NCBI GenBank assembly: GCA_038826135.1
Contig: JAWBON010000010.1
Location: 1 to 28,532 of the forward strand
DNA: 28,532 bases
From: Candidatus Odinarchaeota archaeon
GTDB taxonomy: Archaea > Asgardarchaeota > Odinarchaeia > Odinarchaeales > Odinarchaeaceae
Direction of reading: 5' to 3'
Of this stretch, positions 18,637-26,672 are shown piece after piece. Numbering within the stretch: the stretch's first letter is position 1; every line of letters begins with the position of its first letter. A model generated the notes under the pieces. The model ran no database searches. It saw only the letters and a list, made by a program, of their open reading frames with translations, and was not told the origin of the DNA. The position numbers were made by a program, and so were the translations under genes.

Positions 18637-19782
18637 ATGAAGATTCAAAGCCAAGATATTTACATATTAAGCGAGTTACAAAAGAATCCTTATCAAAGCA
18701 TTAGAGCACTGGCTAAAAATATTAAAGTGAAAAAGGATAGGGTTTTCCGCTCCTTAAAAAAACTTAAAACATGTCTTGGATTGCAACACGACTACTGGGT
18801 TAACTATCCTAAGATAGGTTTAAAACCGTTCACTCTCATTGTGAAATGCCCATACCAGAAAACAGGAAGAGTGGTCGCTGTTCTCAAAAACCCTTATCTT
18901 TTAGAGCTGTTCTTCAGTGCAAGCGGTGAAGGGGTATATATACTAGCTAAATACGTATTCCCTGATAATTTTAACATGAAACCGATACTCGGTCTTATGA
19001 AAAGCTGGAATTGGATAAAGGAAAGCTATTTAACCTATGTTAAATCCGAGGGATATAATCTATCGTTCCACTATTTTAACCGTCTAAACCAGTCCTGGGT
19101 TATTAAATGGTTATACTGGGGTTTAATGATAAAAGATGTTTTAATAAATCAAGAGGCCTCCGAACTATTCCCACAAGCGAATATGATTGATTATTCAAAA
19201 AGCGGGTATGATACTCATACTATGAGAAATATAAATTTGTTAAAAGAGATTACTTCGAACCCGCAGAGTTCAATAAGCAAAATAGCTGTTTCTAATAAGC
19301 TTAAACTATCGGAAGCTTACAATATTAGAAGGTTTTCAGTAGATGAGGGGGTTCTTAAAAAATTTTATAGAGTTAACTATAAGATGACTGGTTTAAGAGA
19401 GAGAATCGCAGTTATAGTTAAGACTGCTGATTCGAACACTATGAGAAGTATTCTAAACGGATTCTTATTATTACCTGAATGTTGTTTCTACAACATTACA
19501 GGAGAGTTAGAAGGACTTATAATTTTACTTTCACTCCCCTACGGTGGGCTGGGTAAAATTCATAACATACTCTCAGACTACTTATTTGATCAGCTTGACA
19601 GTTACTGGCTTCTACCCCTATTCAAAGAGCAGAAAATTAACCACATCCCGTCGACAACACTTTTAGATGAAAATTTAAACTGGAGGCGTTTAACAATTAT
19701 CAAAGATAAAAAAATCATTTTATACGAGGACTACGCTGAAAACTTACGCCTCCCTGAACTTAAGATAGGAATACAGGGTTAA
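18637..19782 (+). CDS. Tandem (internally duplicated) Lrp/AsnC-like wHTH transcriptional regulator
   Basis: HTH 1 is DIYILSELQKNPYQSIRALAKNI; HTH 2 is NINLLKEITSNPQSSISKIAV. Each is followed by a YRVNY/YWVNYxKxGL linker and an alpha/beta domain. Confidence 0.7.
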   Translation: MKIQSQDIYILSELQKNPYQSIRALAKNIKVKKDRVFRSLKKLKTCLGLQHDYWVNYPKIGLKPFTLIVKCPYQKTGRVVAVLKNPYLLELFFSASGEGVYILAKYVFPDNFNMKPILGLMKSWNWIKESYLTYVKSEGYNLSFHYFNRLNQSWVIKWLYWGLMIKDVLINQEASELFPQANMIDYSKSGYDTHTMRNINLLKEITSNPQSSISKIAVSNKLKLSEAYNIRRFSVDEGVLKKFYRVNYKMTGLRERIAVIVKTADSNTMRSILNGFLLLPECCFYNITGELEGLIILLSLPYGGLGKIHNILSDYLFDQLDSYWLLPLFKEQKINHIPSTTLLDENLNWRRLTIIKDKKIILYEDYAENLRLPELKIGIQG

Positions 19783-21050
19783 TCTCCCTGCCCTATAAGT
19801 TTATCATCTATCATTTTTAAAGCCTGCTCTAAAGCTGTAGCCTCCACTGTTTGAAGCTCTAATCTTTGAGAAACTTCCTTGCTTAAGATATAGTTCGCCA
19901 CCGTGTCAACGAATAATTTTCGATCTTTAATAGGTAGAAGAATTATACCATAGTGTTCTGCAAGTTCCTCAGCTTTCGATTCAAATCTCGGTATGCCCGC
20001 GAGCAGTTTTATTCTACAGTCGATGTCCTGAGCTTTAACAGCGAAATTCAACACTTTATCAGCGGTGATACCGGTGGAGGATGTGAACACTTCAAGTATA
20101 ACATCCGGGTCTACTGGTAGAATCGCTTCAATCCCACCTCTCTTAAACCAGAAACCTGAGGAAAACTGATGAATCAACCCGGAGACGCCTATAATAAAAG
20201 CGGGAATTCTTGAAACCCATCCTTTTTCACCAAGCCTGTTCGCAAGCTCCTTTAACGGTATAGTGATATTCTCATATTCACCGATAAAATTCATATTCAG
20301 AGTATACGAGTAAAGCGTTTGAAAGACCGCTTGCTGAAGTTCGAAAATAGAACCACAGTCGCCACAACTATAGGTAGCTAGAGGTTCATCGAAAAATTTC
20401 AGGCAAGCTGAGCATTTAAACCATGGACCGTGCTTCTGATAGTCTACACCAAGACTTTTCAAAGCGGAATTACAGTGAGGGCATAAGAGTTCAGAGTCTT
20501 TTTTAAATTTTAGTTCAAAATCCATGTGATGACATTTGAAATGCTCAATAACCTTCCCTTTATCAAAAGCCGGAGATTGACAGTAGGGGCAAACATACTG
20601 TGCTACCACATTGTTAGAACGGCATCGGGGGCATTTAAGAGATTTAGAATAAGTAGACGCGGATAATACATTAGCCTCCACTAACTGATCGATTAAGGCT
20701 ACTGTATCAGCTGGGGAAAGCCCTACGGTTCTCTCAGCTTCCGGATACCGCACACCATACTCCTTATCAAGAATTGGTATAAGCTTCTTTATTCTTTCAT
20801 CAAGAAAGGCGGTTAATAATCTCTGGGTTTCACTTCTCTCATATAAGGCTGCTCGCTCCTCGGTAAGAGAATCCTCGGACACCGATTCCTCCAATTGCTT
20901 GTGTAAAGCTCGAATATACTCCTCTAACCTACTCTTCCATTTATTATATTGAGCTTCATCAACCTCTTTTTTAAAGTACTTATCCTCTAACTCGCTAAGC
21001 GCTTTCTCCGCCTTTAACTTCAAGTTTTCCAGTTCTTGGCGAATAGACAT
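19779..21050 (-). CDS. TackOD1-like multi-zinc-binding protein with N-terminal SHOCT-like helix pair and C-terminal degenerate restriction-endonuclease-like domain
   Basis: CPRC, CPYC, IEHFKCHH, CPHC, GVDY, CSAC, CGDC. C-terminal GVSGLIHQFS..LLAGIPRFESKAEELAEHYGI. N-terminal LEDKYFKKEVDEAQYNKWKSRL. Confidence 0.7.
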   Translation of the reverse strand: MSIRQELENLKLKAEKALSELEDKYFKKEVDEAQYNKWKSRLEEYIRALHKQLEESVSEDSLTEERAALYERSETQRLLTAFLDERIKKLIPILDKEYGVRYPEAERTVGLSPADTVALIDQLVEANVLSASTYSKSLKCPRCRSNNVVAQYVCPYCQSPAFDKGKVIEHFKCHHMDFELKFKKDSELLCPHCNSALKSLGVDYQKHGPWFKCSACLKFFDEPLATYSCGDCGSIFELQQAVFQTLYSYTLNMNFIGEYENITIPLKELANRLGEKGWVSRIPAFIIGVSGLIHQFSSGFWFKRGGIEAILPVDPDVILEVFTSSTGITADKVLNFAVKAQDIDCRIKLLAGIPRFESKAEELAEHYGIILLPIKDRKLFVDTVANYILSKEVSQRLELQTVEATALEQALKMIDDKLIGQGD

Positions 21051-21058
21051 TAAAACAC

Positions 21059-21616
21059 CTAACTTTTAACGCTCTCCTTTCTAGTTATATTTAATTGAAT
21101 AATTTTTTTCAGCAAAGTTAAAAAGGCTTGATCAACATTTTTACCTGTTTTAGCGCTTGTCTCAAAATATTCACAGCCTAGTTTTTTAGCTAGTAAACTA
21201 CACTGTTCAGAAGACACTTCACGCTGATCCTCCACATCAACCTTGTTACCGAGTAATACAACAGGTATTTTCTCACCGGAGTATTCTGTTAACTCCCTGT
21301 ACCACTCATCCACATTATGAAATGTAGTGCTTCTAGTCAAGTCGAACACGATTATAGCACCCTGAGTGCCTTTATAGTATTGTTTTCTAACAAGATCAAA
21401 TTTCTGTTGACCTGCTATATCCCATATGATCAGGGTTATCATAGTTTGGCCTAGATTAAAATCCTTAGTGTATATGTCAACTCCTAAAGTAGGTATATAA
21501 TCAGTTTTAAACTCTTTCTTAACGAATGTAAGAGTTAAACATGTTTTACCAACACCGCCATCGCCTAAAACCACCATTTTATAAACAAATTTTAAAGGAG
21601 CGCTCACTGAAATCAA
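21059..21616 (-). CDS. Rab-like small GTPase (Ras superfamily)
   Basis: G1 GDGGVGKT, G2 YIPTLGVD, G3 WDIAGQ, G4 NKVD and G5 ETSAK; Rab-like YYKGT and IVFDLT. No C-terminal Cys. Confidence 0.95.
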   Translation of the reverse strand: MISVSAPLKFVYKMVVLGDGGVGKTCLTLTFVKKEFKTDYIPTLGVDIYTKDFNLGQTMITLIIWDIAGQQKFDLVRKQYYKGTQGAIIVFDLTRSTTFHNVDEWYRELTEYSGEKIPVVLLGNKVDVEDQREVSSEQCSLLAKKLGCEYFETSAKTGKNVDQAFLTLLKKIIQLNITRKESVKS

Positions 21617-21725
21617 CCCGTTATTGCGGTTTAACGTAAATAATAAAATTTATCTTATTAGCCTATTTATTAGTCTATTATAATATATAAGTATTATAAA
21701 ATATATTCGAGGAAACGGTGTTAAA

Positions 21726-22817
21726 ATGATTAACGAGGTTAATATATATCATATAACAGGTAAACGCTTATTCAGCAGCAGCTTCACTGATAAAAGAGAA
21801 AGCCAAACACTAGAAGAGAATATAATAACAGCTATTGTGAAGAAAACCAGTGAAGCTGAGAGTAAAATCGCTTATTTAACAATCGGCACCACTAAAATAA
21901 TTTTTAGAATAGAAGGCGAGATAGCCAGCGTAATTTTTTCAGATAAAGATGATATAGAAACTGTGTTAGAAGATTACGCTTATAGAATAATTAAACGTTA
22001 TAGGTTAAGATACGGAGATTCACTGGAGGGGGTCCCAGAGGATGAAATGGAAAACTTCGCATCTATTTTAAAAAGGCTTATCACATCACCTACAATAGCT
22101 CTTAAAATCGTTATGATAGGTGAACCTAACACTGGTAAAACTTCCATATTAAAAATTCTAAGCAACGAGGAGCCTAGTAAAATATATATACCGTCAACAG
22201 ATGCGAGCGGAAATACTTTTTCAGATATAACAACAGAGGCTGTGGTTAACCTCTGGGATTTACCAGGTAGAGAAGAGCACCGCTGGTTATGGGAAAGGCA
22301 CACTATAGGCTGCGATATCATTCTAATAGTAACCGATTCAACCACTCCGAACCTATTATCCACGATGGAGACATGGGGATTATTTAAAGAGCATGTTGAT
22401 GCGAAAGTGGCGGTGGTAGGTCTTGCTAATATGCAGGATAAAAAAGAAGCCTTAGACCCAAATATTGTAAGCAATATTTTAGGTTTCAAAACATACCCTA
22501 TAATATCTAAGAGCTTAGAGAATAGAAAAGATATTTTAAATGTTTTTAAAGAAATCTGTGAAAACTATATTCTCCACGGTTTAGAAGAGAAAACCAGCGA
22601 GGTTAACCTGGATAAAAACCAGATATTAGAAAATATTACATCGATAAAAAGCGGATTAGAGCGTTTAATACCACCAAACCATCCTATATTAATAAGCATC
22701 AACGGATGGATTGAACGAATTAAATCAAAGAGTGAACTAAGCGATGAAGAATTTAACGAATTAGATAAAGCGGTTAAAAACTGGACTGCTAAATTAGAGG
22801 AGCTAATAAAAGGCTAA
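21726..22817 (+). CDS. Longin-like domain fused to an Arf-like small GTPase with a C-terminal helical extension
   Basis: The N-terminal ~120 aa have longin topology (VNIYHITGKRLFSSSF..). G1 GEPNTGKTS, G3 WDLPGR, Arf-like WERHTIGCDIILIVTDS, G4 ANMQD. Confidence 0.75.
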   Translation: MINEVNIYHITGKRLFSSSFTDKRESQTLEENIITAIVKKTSEAESKIAYLTIGTTKIIFRIEGEIASVIFSDKDDIETVLEDYAYRIIKRYRLRYGDSLEGVPEDEMENFASILKRLITSPTIALKIVMIGEPNTGKTSILKILSNEEPSKIYIPSTDASGNTFSDITTEAVVNLWDLPGREEHRWLWERHTIGCDIILIVTDSTTPNLLSTMETWGLFKEHVDAKVAVVGLANMQDKKEALDPNIVSNILGFKTYPIISKSLENRKDILNVFKEICENYILHGLEEKTSEVNLDKNQILENITSIKSGLERLIPPNHPILISINGWIERIKSKSELSDEEFNELDKAVKNWTAKLEELIKG

Positions 22818-23539
22818 AATGAGGTTTTAACGCTTAGATCAAAATATCTGTTGATTAAATCATATACGTTAAGAAAGTTTTTAAGATTTTCAACCCTGTA
22901 TAATCCACTAGGATGACTTATAGTCACCTCTATTATTATCTTCCCACGCCTCCGCATAAGCTCGATATCTACAACGTCCTCTGTAGCATACTCTTTAAAT
23001 GTTAAAGGTTTATGACCCGCAACTCTTACATGGGAGATATCTAATTTATCAGATAAAGCCACAATCGAAGAGTGTGCTGTGCTGGGTAAAACCTTTCGAG
23101 GGGAGTGCTCGGCTATAGCATGACAGATAATACTTTTAATAAGATTCCCGTTATCAAAATCCTTGAAATATTTATTCAAAATATTGAATCCGATTATAGC
23201 ACCGGCTAAAGCGTGCTCCTCCCTATTTACAAAGTTACCTATATCATGCATGTAACTTGCGATTAGAAGCGCGAGATTCATAGATTCTTTATCCAGTAAT
23301 TTATAAACTTCAGCTCTTAGATTAGTTCCTTGAACAAGTTTTATAAGTTCAGCGCAAATACACATCGCTCTAAGAGCGTGAGAGTAATCATGAGGGGTTT
23401 CCAATTCAATCCTTGACATTAAATCGCCGATCTGGTATATTTCTCTAATTTCAGAGTCATTTAGCACCCGGTCTAAGAGAACAGCTCCCTGTTTAGATAG
23501 AAGCTTGCGAAAAACATTTTTGTCAAACTCGAAGTTCAA
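22814..23539 (-). CDS. HD-domain metal-dependent phosphohydrolase
   Basis: HDYSH, MHDIGN, EH, HAIAEH and DKLD; TTG start after GGTGG. Confidence 0.85.
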   Translation of the reverse strand: MNFEFDKNVFRKLLSKQGAVLLDRVLNDSEIREIYQIGDLMSRIELETPHDYSHALRAMCICAELIKLVQGTNLRAEVYKLLDKESMNLALLIASYMHDIGNFVNREEHALAGAIIGFNILNKYFKDFDNGNLIKSIICHAIAEHSPRKVLPSTAHSSIVALSDKLDISHVRVAGHKPLTFKEYATEDVVDIELMRRRGKIIIEVTISHPSGLYRVENLKNFLNVYDLINRYFDLSVKTSF

Positions 23540-23654
23540 ATTTCCACCGGCCTATGCCGCCAAGGTTTTCCAATACTATTTTATTTACGGTTTTATAATA
23601 ATATAAATATTAACAACCAGTCAATATTATATTTATATAATCGGTGGCGGTTTA

Positions 23655-25862
23655 TTGGCGGTTGAATTATTATTATCAATTGCTTTCAACATAATCCCTA
23701 TAGGCGTAGCGTTAATACCTTATCTTGCTTTCAGAAAAAAAAGAGTGTGGGGTTCTTTCTATCTGAGATTACTAATATGCTTCTCGTTTTTCTGGGTTTT
23801 CTACGATCTGGTGCCAGCGGTCTTATTCCAAGTAAGCGGTAAAACATCTACAACACTCCTGGTTGCATCCACTCCCCTCGATGTTCTGGGGGTTTTAGGA
23901 TATTATCTAACTATGACCACGGATATATTCTTCAACATATTTAATTTTCTAATCAGTTCCTGGCCTTTCATATTCGTAGGCGCGCCTATGATAGCTGTAG
24001 TGATTATAGCATTACATTTACGGGGTGAAAAAGGCGGTGTTAGAGAGAAGTTTTTCAAGGTGGGTTTCGAGTTTAAGGATAACCCGCTTAAAAATATTAG
24101 GGAACGGCTTGAAAATAATTCCTGGGGCGATGAAAAAGCCCTTATAAAACTGCTGATAGTTTTACTACCGTTATCACTTTATCTGTTAACCGGAGTGTTA
24201 TCAGCGATAGGCGGTGCAACGGATACATTAGCACCATCATCTGAGCTAGGATGGTTCATAGAAGTCTTCATAGTGTATTTACTTGTACCGATAACCGCTG
24301 TACACCTACTGTACTACAGTAAAGCATCCTATGAGGGAAGATTCTTCGGAGATAAGATAAGAAGATCTGTATTCTACTATTTAATATCTATAGGAGCTGT
24401 TCTATCAGGGTTAAGTATCATACTCTTCATACAGCAGAATCCGGCTTCAATATCCACGATAATATATTTTGTCTCATATTATGCGATGAGTACTATAGTA
24501 TTCGCCGCCTTCCTCCCAGTTTACGAGGCGGTTTCAGCTTTTCTACTAGTTAAAATATCAAATGCCATAAAAAAAGAGGATTTTAAAAACGAGTCCCGAA
24601 AAAGCTTTATCGACGAAGTTAAAAGCTACACTGTTGTAATAGGTCTCCTCCTATTCTTCATAATATTAGCTTTAAACTTAGCGCTCTCAATCCTCTGGAC
24701 GGTGTCGACGGGTGCTGGAAGCTTATTCTTCAATCAATTCCTTTTCGAAAATCCTGTTGGCCCCAATTTTATTGAGCAAATATCACTGGAGTTTAACATA
24801 ATTTTAAGCTTCACCCTGATCTTCATAGGATTAATCGGATGGAGCGCCGCATCATCTTACTTAACGCGGAGCGCACCCTCTAAAATGTACTTGTCTATAA
24901 CGATCTCATTCATACTTTCATTTTTAATAACAATAATTATACTAAACATAGATATCCCATTCATATATGGGAGAAGCGCATACTGGGTTGTACCAGCCCC
25001 AGCCTCGATAAACATACAGGAATATATAATCTTCACTCCGAGAATGGCTCTCCTCCAAGTTCCTAGCGGAACATTATTCCGTTTCGCGGCGTATCCCTTC
25101 GACATTGTAAAAGCGTTATTTTCAATAATTATTCTAAGCACCATAATATATTATCGCGGAGTTCCCTTCAAAACCAGATTGGAAGAGGCTGGAACAAGGA
25201 ACATAGGTGTAGTTTACTCTAAGATATCATTCACTCCAAGCTTTAAATCTATTAAAAAATTAACCTACCTTTTAACAGCGAGTGAAAATACCGTGTTAAA
25301 CACATCTGACCCTGATGTTTTAAACTTATATAATATTCTTAAAGAAGGTTTCTACATATTCCCGGAATTAGTTTCAAAAATAGGCGGAGAGGAAGCGAAC
25401 TTATACTTGAATCTCCGGAGGCTATCAGTATATAATTGTTTAAGCATTTATCAAGCAGAGTTCAACTTCATATTTTATAAGGCTGTGTTAAAAAGCTTCT
25501 ATATAGTCAGTCATGACGGTCGCAGTATATTCAGCTACTCTTTTTCAGAGGAGCTTACCACAGAGCCTGTTCTAGTAGCTGGTATGCTCTCAGCTATTTC
25601 ATCATTTGTAAGAGAAACCACTAAGAGCCGTGAATTATTGAGGAGTATAGATCACGGTGACACTACACTTTTAGTAGAATATGGAAAATACTCTTTCGCT
25701 GCTCTTCTCGCAGACAGAGAGACAACAGAGCTGCGAGGAAGACTTCAAAAATATATCGTTGAATTCGAGAAAACATATGAGGACACCCTTGCAAATTGGA
25801 ACGGGGATGTTGAACCATTTGAAAAAGAGGCGGCGAGAGTGGCGGAGCTCTTTACAGAGTAG
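23655..25862 (+). CDS. Polytopic membrane protein (about 11-13 TM) with cytoplasmic wHTH-like segment and C-terminal longin-like domain
   Basis: Hydrophobic segments run through residue ~500. They are followed by FPELVSKIGGEEANLYLNLRRL and FYIVSHDGRSIF..VAGMLSAISSFVRE..SIDHGD..WNGDVEPF. Confidence 0.75.
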   Translation: MAVELLLSIAFNIIPIGVALIPYLAFRKKRVWGSFYLRLLICFSFFWVFYDLVPAVLFQVSGKTSTTLLVASTPLDVLGVLGYYLTMTTDIFFNIFNFLISSWPFIFVGAPMIAVVIIALHLRGEKGGVREKFFKVGFEFKDNPLKNIRERLENNSWGDEKALIKLLIVLLPLSLYLLTGVLSAIGGATDTLAPSSELGWFIEVFIVYLLVPITAVHLLYYSKASYEGRFFGDKIRRSVFYYLISIGAVLSGLSIILFIQQNPASISTIIYFVSYYAMSTIVFAAFLPVYEAVSAFLLVKISNAIKKEDFKNESRKSFIDEVKSYTVVIGLLLFFIILALNLALSILWTVSTGAGSLFFNQFLFENPVGPNFIEQISLEFNIILSFTLIFIGLIGWSAASSYLTRSAPSKMYLSITISFILSFLITIIILNIDIPFIYGRSAYWVVPAPASINIQEYIIFTPRMALLQVPSGTLFRFAAYPFDIVKALFSIIILSTIIYYRGVPFKTRLEEAGTRNIGVVYSKISFTPSFKSIKKLTYLLTASENTVLNTSDPDVLNLYNILKEGFYIFPELVSKIGGEEANLYLNLRRLSVYNCLSIYQAEFNFIFYKAVLKSFYIVSHDGRSIFSYSFSEELTTEPVLVAGMLSAISSFVRETTKSRELLRSIDHGDTTLLVEYGKYSFAALLADRETTELRGRLQKYIVEFEKTYEDTLANWNGDVEPFEKEAARVAELFTE

Positions 25863-25946
25863 CGGAGCAGCTTAACTGTGTTTTAGAAGTGAAATGAATA
25901 ACTTTTAATATCTCATAATATGGTAATATAATTAGGTGATAGCCTC

Positions 25947-26672
25947 TTGAAATATAATAAGTTAGAGGCTGAAAACACTTTAAAAGAACACTGGAAAGTT
26001 ATATTAGCGGTGGTCGTATCCGATTTAATCTTAACAGGAGTCATACTATTATTCGGTAACATTAACGTGTTTTTAGCAATAAACAGAGGATTACAAATAC
26101 CTCAGTTAGACCCCGCTATAGCACTAATATCCAATTTCGGTGTGATAATACTATTAGCGGGCGGGGTTTTAATATTTACATTAGACTATAAGTATAAGTC
26201 TATCGGAGCGTTAACACTTATGTTTATCGGGTTCTGGCTTGCAATATTCTTAGGTTACACTCTTAAAACTTACTTTGATATATTAAGACCATACTACCAA
26301 GTGGCGCACACCAGGACTTTAATATACACCACACCTGATTTAGGAGGCTCATTCCCTTCATCTCACGCGTTAATAGCATTCTTCTTATGGACTATAATAA
26401 CGGTAAAAGCTAAAAAATACAGTATACCAACATTGATAGCCGCCAGCCTCATCTCGTTTGGAAGAATATATGTAGGCGTCCACTACCCTCTAGATGTTAC
26501 AGTTGGCATTCTTATAGGCATCAGTATAGGCGTATGCTTACTAGCGGTTGAACTGATTGCTAAGAAACTAAACAGTAGGCCGAGCGGTGGAGGTGGAGGT
26601 AACAAACTGTTTTTAACTGTTACCCCTACCTTTTACACTGTAATTAAAGAACAGGCGTGTTTTTACCTATGA
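25947..26672 (+). CDS. PAP2-family (phosphatidic acid phosphatase type 2) membrane phosphatase
   Basis: C1 KTYFDILRP, C2 FPSSH and C3 GRIYVGVHYPLDV; about 6 TM. Confidence 0.92.
   Translation: MKYNKLEAENTLKEHWKVILAVVVSDLILTGVILLFGNINVFLAINRGLQIPQLDPAIALISNFGVIILLAGGVLIFTLDYKYKSIGALTLMFIGFWLAIFLGYTLKTYFDILRPYYQVAHTRTLIYTTPDLGGSFPSSHALIAFFLWTIITVKAKKYSIPTLIAASLISFGRIYVGVHYPLDVTVGILIGISIGVCLLAVELIAKKLNSRPSGGGGGNKLFLTVTPTFYTVIKEQACFYL
26591..26634 (+). other. Stem-loop (14-bp imperfect stem, 13-nt loop) followed by a T-run at the PAP2/AsnB-like convergent junction
   Basis: AGGTGGAGGTAACA (26591-26604) pairs with TGTTACCCCTACCT (26618-26631) with one mismatch and one G-U pair, and runs into TTTT. 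Confidence 0.4.

Noticed and set aside
21998-22489. 163-aa - strand ORF
   Set aside because: Antisense to the GTPase domain of the 21726 gene; no motifs.
23590-23642. Imperfect dyad in the HD/membrane-protein divergent gap
   Set aside because: Arms are A/T only and expected by chance in back-to-back TATA regions.
24857-25875. ORFs 24857-25144 (-) and 25681-25875 (+)
   Set aside because: Antisense or alternative-frame shadows of the membrane-longin gene.
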